Below the pieces are notes generated by a model. It was not told the origin of the DNA, ran no database searches, and saw nothing but the letters and a program-made list of their open reading frames with translations. Below, one piece after another: positions 47,305 through 57,440 of a stretch of DNA of 64,000 nt (position 1 is the first letter of the stretch; each line of letters begins with the position of its first letter). The position numbers and the translations under genes are program-made. Source of the stretch: a virus (lineage: Duplodnaviria > Heunggongvirae > Uroviricota > Caudoviricetes); IMG/VR virus record IMGVR_UViG_2703718817_000003; one strand, written 5' to 3'.

Positions 47305-50300
47305 ATGTGCGCAGATAAAGTAAAGAATATTGTCACCTTATCTTCGGACATTTCCGCTCCACTAATTGCAGACATGCAATACTTTGAGCTGTATAGCACC
47401 GAAGCTCTAAACAGGAAGATGAAAAATATCGTTCTGCCCGGAGTGTACTGTGGGTTTGAACCGGTGCCAGGGGATGGTCTGTTTGTGCGTATTACATCCG
47501 AGAAAACAGAGGGAAGAGGGGCGGCTTCAATTGACGTGGGTAAATGTCAGATATCCGTGCAGCAAGTCAGTGATGTTCTTGTTCCTGTAGAAGCTGGTGT
47601 AACGACAATCATCGTTCTTGAAGCTAATTACGAACATGGAGTGAAAACCAGCCAGGTAGATAGCTCATCGGATATTAGCGCAGCGAGAATTATTGCTCTC
47701 GTTGATGAGGAAATAGCATCTAACCAGATTGAGCTATGCCGCGTGATCGTGCCTGACAATGCTCAAGCCGTTACCGCAGATATGATTAGCACTGAATATC
47801 GTGCTAATCGTGCTGTTGGTGTTGAGTTTTCCAGTGCTTTGGATAGTGACGAAGAATATAAAGCCGCAACACCTCTTGCTATCAGCACGTTAAACAAACT
47901 AAAAGCTCCGGTTGATAGCCCGGAGTTTATTGGTATACCTAAATCTCCAACTCCGGAACAAGGTACAAACAGTACACAAATCGCAAACACTGCCTTTGTT
48001 CAGGCCGCAATAACCGCCCTTATTGATGGTTCTCCTTCAGCGTTGGATACGCTGAAAAAAATTGCAGATGCAATTAACAATGATCCTCAGTTTAGCCAGA
48101 CGATTAATGCTGCTTTAGCTCTTAAAGCACCGTTATTAAGCCCGGCATTTACAGGGGTGCCAACAGCGCCTACAGCGTCACAAGGTACGAACAACACTCA
48201 GATTGCAACAACCGCTTATGTTCGTGCCGCTATTTCTGCATTGGTCGGCTCATCACCAGAAGCTCTTGATACTCTTAATGAGCTTGCTGCGGCGCTGGGC
48301 AATGACCCGAACTTTGCGGCTACAATGACAAATGCCCTGGCAGGTAAGCAGCCTCTCGACGCAACCTTAACCGCGCTCGCTGACCTGGCGACGGGGGCAA
48401 ATAAATTACCGTACTTTACCGGAACAGACACTGTAGCCCAGACTGATTTAACGTCAGTCGGTCGCGATATTCTTGCTAAAACAAGCACACTGGCTGTTAT
48501 CCAATACCTTGGTTTAAGAGAACTCGGAACCAGCGGAGAAAAGCTCCCCCTGTTGAGCACAGCTAATACCTGGAGTGCACGCCAGACTTTCAGCGCGGGG
48601 ATCACTGGTACGCTGACCGGGAACGCCGATACTGCGACGAAATTAAAAACAGCCAGAAAGATTAACGGTGTGGCATTTGATGGGTCGGCAGATATTACTC
48701 TGACCCCTGAAGATCTTGGCTTAACGGATATTGCTTCTCAAGCTGGTAACGCAGTTCAGCGTTCTGGCGACACAATGGGGGGGCAGCTAAAAATTGGCAC
48801 AATAAATGCCCTTCGAATATTTAACCAGGACTTTGGCCTTATCTTCAGGAGATCCGAGGAATATCTTCATCTTATCCCGACAAATGAAGGTGAGGGAGAA
48901 AATGGTGACATCGGCCCATTAAGACCTTTTGCTATAAATTTAAGAACCGGGTTGGTGTCCATCGGTAATGGGGTAACAGTTAGTGGTGGCATTACAGGTA
49001 ATTTGACGGGAAACGCAGATACTGCGACAAAGCTCAAGACGGCACGCACAATCGGCGGAGTGTCATTTGATGGCAGCGCCAATATCGACCTGCCAGGCGT
49101 GAATAAAACAGGTAATCAGAGCACTACCGGCAATGCTGCAACCGCAACGAAACTTCAGACGGCACGCACAATCGGCGGAGTGTCATTTGATGGCAGCGCC
49201 AATATCAACCTGCCGGGTGTGAACATTGCCGGTAACCAGAACACAACAGGTAATGCTGCAACCGCTACAAAACTGCAAACAGCCCGCACAATCAACGGTG
49301 TTAATTTTGATGGTTCTGCGAACATTTCGATACCAACAATTACGTCCAGAGGGCGTGTTACTGCGCTCACCGGTACAACGCAAGGTGCTGCTGCTGGATT
49401 GCAGATGTATGAGGCGTACAACAACGGCTATCCTTCTGCTTACGGGAATGTGCTTCATCTTAAGGGCGCAACGGCAGTTGGTGAAGGCGAGTTGTTCATA
49501 GGCTGGAGCGGTACAAGTGGCGCTCATGCTCCGGCTTTTATTCGCTCTCGCAGAGATTCAACAGATGCAGCATGGTCTGATTGGGCGCAGGTCTACACAT
49601 CGAAGGATTCCATCCCTGGTGTAAATACAACAGGCAACCAGAACACAACCGGAAACGCGGCGTCTGCAACGAAATTACAAACGGCAAGAACCATTGGTGG
49701 CGTTTCATTTAATGGCACCGCAAACATCGACCTGCCAGGTGTGAATAAAACAGGTAATCAGAGCACTACTGGCAATGCCGCAACTGCAACAAAACTGCAA
49801 ACAGCACGCACAATAGGCGGGGTTTCGTTTGATGGCACCGCAAACATCAATCTTCCGGGCGTCAATATTGCCGGGAATCAAAATACAACTGGTAATGCAG
49901 CTACAGCGACAAAGTTAAAAACAGCCAGGAAAATAAGTGGCGTGGCTTTTGATGGTTCCGCAGATATCACATTAACGGCAAGTCATGTTGGTGCGTTAGC
50001 AACAACAGGTGGTACTGTTACCGGTGAAATTATATCCAGCAGCCAAAATGCTATACGCCTAACTTATAATAATAACTATGGATTCCTAATAACTAATACT
50101 GGATATAGTTTCCAGATATCAACCACTGGGCAAAATGTTAATGGTGATGTCGTTTACACTCCATTAAAGATAGATGGCGGTGATGGTCGCGTAGAATTAG
50201 GACGTGCTGATGGTCATGTAAGGGTTATGGGGAATTTATCTGCCGCTGGTCAGATTACCCCTGGTAACTATAGTAATTTCAACACGAAATATCAGGCTAA

Positions 50301-50574
50301 AAACACTGCATATGCCAACATTCATGGATGGCATAAGGATACATCAACTAAGGTGATGATGCAGTGGGGGTTTATAACAAATTTAACTCCAGGAAGCGTG
50401 GTTAACTTTCCGACTACTTTTCCTGAGGCGTGTGCGGTAGTTGTGATTTCGCCTCACAGCGGGAATGCTGTCAATTCAATTCTTTATACATACAACCACT
50501 CAGTCACTGGTTTTACAGTGAAAAGTAGCTCCACTGATAAAATATATGCACAGTATGTTGCTTATGGTTATTAA
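47305..50574 (+). CDS. tail fibre protein with multiple Phage_fiber_2-type repeats
   Basis: 1089 aa; about nine copies of GNA(A/D)TATKL(Q/K)TARTIGGVSFDGSANI repeat; followed by Tfa. Confidence 0.8.
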   Translation: MCADKVKNIVTLSSDISAPLIADMQYFELYSTEALNRKMKNIVLPGVYCGFEPVPGDGLFVRITSEKTEGRGAASIDVGKCQISVQQVSDVLVPVEAGVTTIIVLEANYEHGVKTSQVDSSSDISAARIIALVDEEIASNQIELCRVIVPDNAQAVTADMISTEYRANRAVGVEFSSALDSDEEYKAATPLAISTLNKLKAPVDSPEFIGIPKSPTPEQGTNSTQIANTAFVQAAITALIDGSPSALDTLKKIADAINNDPQFSQTINAALALKAPLLSPAFTGVPTAPTASQGTNNTQIATTAYVRAAISALVGSSPEALDTLNELAAALGNDPNFAATMTNALAGKQPLDATLTALADLATGANKLPYFTGTDTVAQTDLTSVGRDILAKTSTLAVIQYLGLRELGTSGEKLPLLSTANTWSARQTFSAGITGTLTGNADTATKLKTARKINGVAFDGSADITLTPEDLGLTDIASQAGNAVQRSGDTMGGQLKIGTINALRIFNQDFGLIFRRSEEYLHLIPTNEGEGENGDIGPLRPFAINLRTGLVSIGNGVTVSGGITGNLTGNADTATKLKTARTIGGVSFDGSANIDLPGVNKTGNQSTTGNAATATKLQTARTIGGVSFDGSANINLPGVNIAGNQNTTGNAATATKLQTARTINGVNFDGSANISIPTITSRGRVTALTGTTQGAAAGLQMYEAYNNGYPSAYGNVLHLKGATAVGEGELFIGWSGTSGAHAPAFIRSRRDSTDAAWSDWAQVYTSKDSIPGVNTTGNQNTTGNAASATKLQTARTIGGVSFNGTANIDLPGVNKTGNQSTTGNAATATKLQTARTIGGVSFDGTANINLPGVNIAGNQNTTGNAATATKLKTARKISGVAFDGSADITLTASHVGALATTGGTVTGEIISSSQNAIRLTYNNNYGFLITNTGYSFQISTTGQNVNGDVVYTPLKIDGGDGRVELGRADGHVRVMGNLSAAGQITPGNYSNFNTKYQAKNTAYANIHGWHKDTSTKVMMQWGFITNLTPGSVVNFPTTFPEACAVVVISPHSGNAVNSILYTYNHSVTGFTVKSSSTDKIYAQYVAYGY
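48600..49960 (+). repeat. tandem near-identical ~120-bp DNA repeats inside tail fibre gene
   Basis: For example 49021-49140 vs 49141-49260 and 49680-49800 vs 49800-49920 are nearly identical at nucleotide level. Confidence 0.7.
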
Positions 50575-50605
50575 AAATATAGTTAATTAGAATGAAGGTG
50601 CTTAA

Positions 50606-51028
50606 ATGGCAAAGTATTACAGCAAAGAGACTGGTGGTTTCTACGACGACAGACTAAAAGAAGATTACGATAAAAACGGTTCATGGCCGTCCGATACTGT
50701 ACATATACCTGATGACTTATATGATGAATTGTTATCAGGGTATGGCAATGGGAAAATAATAATTGCAAATGGCGATGGTTATCCAATGTTATCTGACCCA
50801 CAACCTATGAGCTTAGAGGATAGAGTCAGCATTGCTGAAAACACCAAAAGTAGTCTTATCAATGATGTGAGCATAAAAATATCAACGCTTCAGGATGCTG
50901 TTGATATGGATATTGCCACTGATGAGGAAATAGAAATGTTGACAAAGTTAAAGAGGTATAGAGTTCTTCTTAATAGAGTTGACACTTCTGTTGATGCAGA
51001 TATCTCATGGCCTGAGATGCCTGCATAA
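50606..51028 (+). CDS. tail fibre assembly protein (Tfa)
   Basis: N-terminal MAKYYSKETGGFY and C-terminal LQDAVDMDIATDEEIEMLTKLKRYRVLLNRVDTSVDADISWPEMP match Tfa family. Confidence 0.8.
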   Translation: MAKYYSKETGGFYDDRLKEDYDKNGSWPSDTVHIPDDLYDELLSGYGNGKIIIANGDGYPMLSDPQPMSLEDRVSIAENTKSSLINDVSIKISTLQDAVDMDIATDEEIEMLTKLKRYRVLLNRVDTSVDADISWPEMPA

Positions 51029-51070
51029 ACAATCATAACAATCCAATCAGCACTGCTTTTTTGATATTTC

Positions 51071-51096
51071 AAGCCCTCTTTTGTTGAGGGCTTTAT
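51071..51096 (+). terminator. hairpin terminator after tfa
   Basis: AAGCCCTC-TTTTGTT-GAGGGCTT hairpin then T-rich. Confidence 0.5.
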
Positions 51097-51142
51097 TAGT
51101 GAGTGCTTTTGTGACCTTTTTTAGTAATACAATCCTTTGGTA

Positions 51143-51176
51143 CAAAAAAGCCGCCGTCCAGTCAATGACGGCGGGC
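51143..51176 (-). terminator. Rho-independent terminator for small minus-strand gene
   Basis: GCCCGCCGTC-ATTGACTG-GACGGCGGC hairpin followed by TTTTTT on minus strand. Confidence 0.6.
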
Positions 51177-51187
51177 AAAATGAACAC

Positions 51188-51406
51188 TCAGTTAGTGGTA
51201 TCTGAGAGGGGGGCATTATATTCACTGAATGACGCTTGTGAAGACTCACATGTCATCATTTTGTCCTCAAGAATCAGCTCACATCTTGCGCATTCAAGCG
51301 TATTTCTCTTTAAAGCCGTGTTTGGACCATTTTGTTGATACGCGAATTTGGCATCCTCCACGCTCTGAGTGACGAGGTTTACGGACCACCGGGCCATCAT
51401 ATGCAT
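51188..51406 (-). CDS. small protein on opposite strand between tfa and holin
   Basis: 72-aa ORF with own terminator 12 nt downstream. Confidence 0.4.
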   Translation of the reverse strand: MHMMARWSVNLVTQSVEDAKFAYQQNGPNTALKRNTLECARCELILEDKMMTCESSQASFSEYNAPLSDTTN

Positions 51407-51488
51407 CCATTTTGTGTGAATGGCATTTAGTCGGGAAATAACAAACTGGATAAGTTGAAGCCGCGTTAAACGTCATTTCTGGAGGGGT

Positions 51489-51815
51489 ATGTTTGCAGAT
51501 TATGAAAATCTGGCTGTAGCAGTCATAACATCCCTGCTGAGTGGAACCGGCGTATTCCTTCTCGGAGTTAGAGACGGGCGCATTTCTGCGTCACTGCTCA
51601 ACCTCGCGAGTGAATTGTTTACTGCGGTAACTGCCGGGCTTGCGGGGTTTTGGGTGGCTGATAGCTATGAATGGCCGGAAGGCATCATTTACTGCGTTGT
51701 TCTGATTGCCAGTAACAACGGAAGTGAAATTTTACAGGGCTTGAAGTCCAGAGCTAGTAACGTCTTGAATCTCTTAAGCGTAATAGCGAGTGGGGGAAAA
51801 GGTGGAGAGAAGTAA
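51489..51815 (+). CDS. holin (multi-TM small membrane protein, lambda S / P1 LydA-like)
   Basis: 108 aa with three hydrophobic segments and charged C-terminus. Confidence 0.55.
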   Translation: MFADYENLAVAVITSLLSGTGVFLLGVRDGRISASLLNLASELFTAVTAGLAGFWVADSYEWPEGIIYCVVLIASNNGSEILQGLKSRASNVLNLLSVIASGGKGGEK

Positions 51816-52261
51816 TGGGTGACTTTGGAAATTATTTCATTTTTATCATGGCATTTGTTGCCGTTATTGACCGTTTCTTATTTCGTCGCAAGAGTGTTGA
51901 TATTTTGAGCATTGGCGAAGCTGTAGTGAAAGAGTCTGCTATAGCGTTTCCTGTGTCGCTTCGCGTTAAACGAAGCTGGGTAAGCAATGCACAAATCGAA
52001 TATTGGTTGCAGGACTTGAAAAATCCATCTGTGGTTATTTCGGGGAAAACCAGACCAGTTGACGCATCAAAACGCGGTGAGAGAGAAGAATATTTGCTCA
52101 TCGACACGAAATATCTTGAGCCAGCGAAGTGGGATCTAAAGGTCACATTGACTAACGGTAATTGCCGCCTGAATCCGCTTTATCGCATTTTCCCTATCAA
52201 TGACTGCATAGAACGTCAGTTTATGATTGAAAAGTGTGAAGGAGACTGGAATGTCAAATAA
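51815..52261 (+). CDS. membrane-anchored protein downstream of holin (antiholin/LydB-like candidate)
   Basis: 148 aa, N-terminal TM (YFIFIMAFVAVI); start overlaps holin stop. Confidence 0.4.
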   Translation: MGDFGNYFIFIMAFVAVIDRFLFRRKSVDILSIGEAVVKESAIAFPVSLRVKRSWVSNAQIEYWLQDLKNPSVVISGKTRPVDASKRGEREEYLLIDTKYLEPAKWDLKVTLTNGNCRLNPLYRIFPINDCIERQFMIEKCEGDWNVK

Positions 52262-52868
52262 GTCTAATTATGTTCTTCTTAATTATGATGAGTTAAACGA
52301 AAAGGGGCTGGCAAAACTCGTCAAAGAAATCGATAAAGGAGGCTACAAGATAGCGAGGGTGATCCCCGCCAGTAATGGCAGGAAGAAAGACGGGATCATG
52401 ACGCGCACGTTTACCCTTATCGGAATCGATGAGCAGACGATGGACGTTCAGGTTAATGATACTGGTGATATTTCTGGTGTAAAACTGAACGGAAAAATTG
52501 TTCCTTTCAAGCCAGTTAAAACGCTGATGGCTTTAGGGCAATCACTGGCTGCTTTATTTAATAAAGGCGCATCATCATTTCAGAAATCATTGGCGCGTAA
52601 GTTAGCTCGTGCGGCGAAAGATATTGATGATGGGAATAAGAAAATAAAAGGCGTTAAGTCCAATGCGCAGAAACTAGCAGAGGCAAAGGAATCTCGCGAT
52701 GCGATCCGCGAGGATATTGAAAGGGCCAAAGAAAAATTAAATCAGGTGCAAGGTAATTCAGACCGCGCAACAAGAGAAACTGAAATCATTAGAACCGAGA
52801 TGGCGCAGGAACTGGCGAAAACTCGCGTATTGAAAGAAGAAATAGCGCGCCTGGAGGAAGATGCATGA
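52251..52868 (+). CDS. hypothetical coiled-coil protein (dar-like operon)
   Basis: ATG 52251 with GGAGA SD; C-terminal half charged coiled-coil. Confidence 0.45.
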   Translation: MSNKSNYVLLNYDELNEKGLAKLVKEIDKGGYKIARVIPASNGRKKDGIMTRTFTLIGIDEQTMDVQVNDTGDISGVKLNGKIVPFKPVKTLMALGQSLAALFNKGASSFQKSLARKLARAAKDIDDGNKKIKGVKSNAQKLAEAKESRDAIREDIERAKEKLNQVQGNSDRATRETEIIRTEMAQELAKTRVLKEEIARLEEDA

Positions 52869-54817
52869 TAAAGAAACCTATTCGAATAAATATCCAGTCC
52901 ACTTTTGCAGATACGCTCACTGGATATACGCCTAATCGTTGGGTGGCGGAAGATATCACCGAGGATGATTTACTTATCGAGCCTGCGACGCTGGAAGATA
53001 TCGAGCTGGCCTATATGGGCAACGAAATTTTGGTAACTACCAATGAGGCAATGTTCGAAGCTATAACCACAACAAAATTGCGGTTAGCGCAAACAATGCG
53101 AGCATTTGTCCGGGCGCTTAATCGCGGCCTGAATGGCACTGACATTGCTGCGGGTACGGATGAGGCAGGTGAATATGAAGACGGACGTAATAGTATCGGT
53201 GGGGCAATCATTGGGCGCGTGCGCCGGGTTGCTAATATCCCTGTTGTAACAGCACAAATACCTCTAACCGATGGACAAACGACAAGCATAATTTTCCATT
53301 CTCCAACCGCAGACGGCACAAGAATTAAAGGGGATGACGAGCTGGTTGCGTTTCAGTTTCTTCTTAACAAAAGAAACGTTACGCATGTTGTTGCGCCAAT
53401 CGGTGGGCGTGATGTATCTCTGAGCCAGGTGTGTCAGGCGCTTTCTAACCTCATTGAGCGTAACAGTGCAAAATTCAAAAAAGCAAAGGAGCGCCAGGAC
53501 AAAATGAAGGCTGATATTGAGGGGTATCTCAATGAAGCCGACAAGCTGGCAGAAGAACGTTCTGTGCTGATTGAGCAGGTTGAAGACGCACAGCGGGGGC
53601 TGGCAGAGAAACGCTCAACACTCAATGATATGCAGAATAAATTAGACGCACAAAAAGCCCTTAACGCGGAATTGCAGGCTAAACGCGATAATTTATTGTC
53701 AGCTAAGAGCCAAGGAACTAAAGAGCGTGCCTTCAATGATCAACTGCGACACATAAAACATAATCTTGCTACAGAAGGCCAAACAACGCTGGATAATGGT
53801 GCTGTAGTTAAGTATGTCACGTCAGGCAGTGATAGCTTTGTCACGATTGAGGCACCAGAAGGCAATTTCAGTATTGATGTCAGTGCTGTTAAAGGTGGGA
53901 GTTCAGCGGACGCTGCAACCAAATTACTTAAAGCCTATCGTGAACATAATGCTGATCAATACAAAGTGGATGTGTTGCCGGGCCAGCCTGAGCCAACTGA
54001 TCAGCCGCAGCCTGAACAGGAGCCACAACCAGCATCACATCCTGATCCCCTGGAGGTTGGTAAATATCGCTATGCGCTCCAATCTCGCCCGGCGGGTGTT
54101 GGTGCGGTTCCTGAAGGAAATAAAGCTGTACTTGACCGTCCTGATCAGGCTGATCCGTATTACGAATATGCTCGTCACGGAATCATTACGTATGACCGCA
54201 AACTGACAGACGAAGAAGTCAGTCAGTACGAGTTGCTATATCTCCCTGGTGACGATGAATTGAAAGAGATTGCAGGCGAATTGGTTGCGTCCAGTATGTC
54301 GAACCATATTGATGGCTATGTTGATCTGTTTGGAAGCGACTTGAAAACCTTTAAGGCGCAGATAAAAATCCTCTTCCGCAAAGCATTTCCTAACGTCGCT
54401 TATCCACTTGGAGATGGGGAGAACCTTTTTATAATGGATATCTATGACGCGCTTCAGAATCAATCAGAAGTAGTCGAAGCTGAACAGACATTAGATCAGG
54501 CACCGGAAGCAGTACAAGAACCAGAACCTGAGTCTGAACCTGAATCCCCCCAAGAGTCTGATACAGGTTCAGATGGGCCAGTAGTTAGTGAGGCTGATCA
54601 GGAGGCGGACAGTGCGCTGGAATATCTGAAATCCGTGCCGTTGCAGTTTACGTCCCGTGATTTGACGGTGATTAGAGCGGAGTTTGATCGCATTCAGGAG
54701 GCAGCTAATGTTCTTATCAACGCAGGTCGATATGATGAGAACGAGTCACTTGTTGGTGCGGCAGCCGATCACCTGATCAACATTCTGGCAGAGATACAAC
54801 AAGGGGGCGTGTGGTGA
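52865..54817 (+). CDS. large hypothetical protein (DarA-like by size and position)
   Basis: 650 aa; ATGA overlap with upstream gene; acidic Pro/Glu-rich linkers; no enzymatic motif. Confidence 0.45.
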   Translation: MIKKPIRINIQSTFADTLTGYTPNRWVAEDITEDDLLIEPATLEDIELAYMGNEILVTTNEAMFEAITTTKLRLAQTMRAFVRALNRGLNGTDIAAGTDEAGEYEDGRNSIGGAIIGRVRRVANIPVVTAQIPLTDGQTTSIIFHSPTADGTRIKGDDELVAFQFLLNKRNVTHVVAPIGGRDVSLSQVCQALSNLIERNSAKFKKAKERQDKMKADIEGYLNEADKLAEERSVLIEQVEDAQRGLAEKRSTLNDMQNKLDAQKALNAELQAKRDNLLSAKSQGTKERAFNDQLRHIKHNLATEGQTTLDNGAVVKYVTSGSDSFVTIEAPEGNFSIDVSAVKGGSSADAATKLLKAYREHNADQYKVDVLPGQPEPTDQPQPEQEPQPASHPDPLEVGKYRYALQSRPAGVGAVPEGNKAVLDRPDQADPYYEYARHGIITYDRKLTDEEVSQYELLYLPGDDELKEIAGELVASSMSNHIDGYVDLFGSDLKTFKAQIKILFRKAFPNVAYPLGDGENLFIMDIYDALQNQSEVVEAEQTLDQAPEAVQEPEPESEPESPQESDTGSDGPVVSEADQEADSALEYLKSVPLQFTSRDLTVIRAEFDRIQEAANVLINAGRYDENESLVGAAADHLINILAEIQQGGVW

Positions 54818-55182
54818 AAATATCAGTAACGGAGCGCCTTAGCTTAGGCAAAGAACTGTCTGAGCTGATGTCAGCGCAAAAAAGCGCGACTGCGGTACAA
54901 CGTGTCACTATTGGCGTGCGGATAGTTGAAGTGATGATGAAGCTGGGGCTTGGTTCATCGAATAATCCAGCACAACAGCAAGAAGAGGAAGTGCAACCGG
55001 CGGCACAAGAAACGCCTAAAATTGTTGCTGACTTCCTTAGTGGTGCATTTACTAAATCATCACAAATGGAGTTCATCGATGCTTTGAGAGGCATATCTCA
55101 ATATATTGGTGAATTTTTGACACTCGACCAGGCCAAAGAACAGACCGTAAACTGGGTTTCAGCTAACGGGTATGCAGCGTAA
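54811..55182 (+). CDS. hypothetical protein
   Basis: 123 aa, GTG start overlapping upstream stop. Confidence 0.4.
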   Translation: MVKISVTERLSLGKELSELMSAQKSATAVQRVTIGVRIVEVMMKLGLGSSNNPAQQQEEEVQPAAQETPKIVADFLSGAFTKSSQMEFIDALRGISQYIGEFLTLDQAKEQTVNWVSANGYAA

Positions 55183-55273
55183 AAGAGAGGGGCAGAATGC
55201 CCCTTTCTTCTTAAAATAGTCACCGAAATAACACACTTTTTACACTGCCTTTTTTACAGAAAGGTGGTTAATT

Positions 55274-56659
55274 GTGACTCAAAACGTAACATCAGCACTT
55301 CTGGCCGCAGCGAACATTGAGGGGGTTATCGCTGTGGTGTCATCTCTTGAAAAGCAAGAGACGAAGTTGGGGCGTAGCAGCTATGTCGTCACCAGCAAAG
55401 GCGACGAAGTTAAAACAGCGTTCAAGGTTATTGATGCCAAAAAGCTCATCATTTCTAACAACCTGGACGGAAGTATAAATCCGTCATTTCCGGAGGAACT
55501 CCAGCCTCGCGATCGCACCCGACTGTCAAGTAAGCTCCAGGTTAACCGTATCGCCGCCAATTTACGCCCGGCACAGCTCACTGATTCGGGTATGAGTAGT
55601 CATGGTTCCCCGATTGTTGGTCCGGATAATGTCGTTGAGTCTGGTAATGGTCGAAGCATGGGAATCTGGCGTGCTTATGAACAAGGACAGGCTGAAGATT
55701 ACCGACAATATCTTATCGATCACGCTAAAGAGTTTGGCCTTAATCCCGAAGACGTCAGGGCAATGGTGATGCCTGTACTGGTTCGCGAGCGCCTCACTGA
55801 CGTTGATCGTGCTCAATTTGCACGCGACTCAAACATCAGCGATCTGCAAGAGATGGCTGCAAGTGAGAAAGCGTATGCGGATGCGCAATTTCTCACTGAG
55901 AGCGTCATGGCGCTATTTAATCCTTCAGATGATGGAAATCTACTGGCGCGGTCCAATGATGCGTTTATTCGTGCGTTTTTGCACGAAATAGGCGATACCG
56001 CGACGGCAGGTTTGCTTACAGCCGATGGACGTCCAACGAAACAGCTTATCGATCGCATTCAGAATGCGATTTTTGCCAAAGCCTATAAGGATGAGCGACT
56101 TGTTCGGCTTGTGGCGGAAGAACCGGATCCGGAAATGCGCAATATCCTGACCGCGCTTAATACAGCAGCCAGTGACTTTGCGCAAATGCAGTCGATTTCT
56201 GGCGATGCACATCATGATGCTGTAACTGGTCTGGTTGATGGTATAGAGCAGGTGAACGGTCTGGATAAACAGGCTATAGCAGCACTCCAGGACGCGATTA
56301 ACCTTGTTCGTGAAGCCAAAGACAACGGTCAGGCAGTGGAAGAGGTGATAGCCCAGCGCGGACTCTTCGGTGATAGCACGCCGGAAGCTGAGGCGTTGGC
56401 GCTATTCATCGTGGCAAATAATCGAAGCGCGAAGCGCATGGGGGCTGCATTCAAAAAAATGGCACAAAAAATCAACGACGAACTGATTCATAAACAGCAG
56501 GCGTTGGGCGATATGTTCGGCGGTGGAGATGTCGATCTACGTAGTATTTTGACCGCTGTTTCTAATGAGATTGAACTGGAACATGGAGAGGGGAAAGGGC
56601 TTAACTTCACGATGTTCGAAGCCAAAACAGAACAAAGCGATTTTGGGCTGGAAACCTGA
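55274..56659 (+). CDS. hypothetical protein
   Basis: 461 aa, GTG start with AAGGTGG SD; terminator hairpin (CCCCGGA..TCCGGGG, 56675-56693) downstream. Confidence 0.45.
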   Translation: MTQNVTSALLAAANIEGVIAVVSSLEKQETKLGRSSYVVTSKGDEVKTAFKVIDAKKLIISNNLDGSINPSFPEELQPRDRTRLSSKLQVNRIAANLRPAQLTDSGMSSHGSPIVGPDNVVESGNGRSMGIWRAYEQGQAEDYRQYLIDHAKEFGLNPEDVRAMVMPVLVRERLTDVDRAQFARDSNISDLQEMAASEKAYADAQFLTESVMALFNPSDDGNLLARSNDAFIRAFLHEIGDTATAGLLTADGRPTKQLIDRIQNAIFAKAYKDERLVRLVAEEPDPEMRNILTALNTAASDFAQMQSISGDAHHDAVTGLVDGIEQVNGLDKQAIAALQDAINLVREAKDNGQAVEEVIAQRGLFGDSTPEAEALALFIVANNRSAKRMGAAFKKMAQKINDELIHKQQALGDMFGGGDVDLRSILTAVSNEIELEHGEGKGLNFTMFEAKTEQSDFGLET

Positions 56660-56771
56660 CCTGGCGACCGGACACCCCGGATAACCTCCGGGGGATTCGG
56701 TATTTCTTCTTTGAATAGAGCATTTTTAACAAATATCCCGTAAATCCTCGCCCAGCCAGGGCGGGGAGCAG

Positions 56772-57203
56772 TCACCGCATTGGTGTGACAGATACGGCGA
56801 TATTTTTATTCAGTTGATGCAGTGCCAGCTCGACAGTTTCAACTTTCGATGAATGTTCGACGTCGAGAAGCCGATCAATCTGTGTTCCATTTTTTCCGAG
56901 TTTGCGCGCCAACTCTGCTTTGCGTGTGCCGGTTTCTATCATCGCGTTGTGGAGTGCAGCCTTCATTGCTGGTAGCACTGGCAAAGAGACAACGTACTCA
57001 CCTTCTTTTGGCTCGCTACCAGTGGGAACAGGTCGGCGTTCTTCAATCTCAATCGCAACCGCTGCGACCAATCCATAACCAGCCTCAAGCAACGCTTCTT
57101 TAACTGAGTCACCCACGGAATTAAACAATGGTAGGTCGCGGCATGATACGACATACGCGCCGGTTTTGTCGTCGCGCTCCAGTTTTACCGGATAGTTAAA
57201 CAT
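56772..57203 (-). CDS. hicB: HicB antitoxin
   Basis: N-terminal YPVKLERDDKTGAYVVSCRDLP RNase-H-like HicB fold signature plus C-terminal HTH; downstream of hicA. Confidence 0.75.
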   Translation of the reverse strand: MFNYPVKLERDDKTGAYVVSCRDLPLFNSVGDSVKEALLEAGYGLVAAVAIEIEERRPVPTGSEPKEGEYVVSLPVLPAMKAALHNAMIETGTRKAELARKLGKNGTQIDRLLDVEHSSKVETVELALHQLNKNIAVSVTPMR

Positions 57204-57233
57204 AGAGAAGCTCCTAGTGAAAAAGGCTGGGGC

Positions 57234-57440
57234 TTAAAGCCACAGGTCCTTCATTATTTTCTTGCGTAGCGGTTCAGGCATTTCCTTTGAACCGTGGTCC
57301 GGGAAAACCGACCGCTTTCCGTTCAGGTTCACTTTCTGATGACTGCCGCCACCTGGCGCTTTCCTGAACTCTGCCCCTTGCTGGATTAACCAGCGTTTGA
57401 ACTGTGACTGCTCCCCGCCCGGTCGGACGAGGATTCCCAC
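57234..57440 (-). CDS. hicA: HicA toxin
   Basis: GSHQK, RSVFPDH, LRKKIMKDL motifs of HicA family; no ATG, putative GTG start 4 nt after tnpB stop. Confidence 0.65.
   Translation of the reverse strand: MGILVRPGGEQSQFKRWLIQQGAEFRKAPGGGSHQKVNLNGKRSVFPDHGSKEMPEPLRKKIMKDLWL

Noticed and set aside
51081-51338. 85-aa plus-strand ORF overlapping the small minus-strand gene
   Set aside because: Overlaps the terminator and the better-supported minus-strand gene; no SD; likely non-coding.
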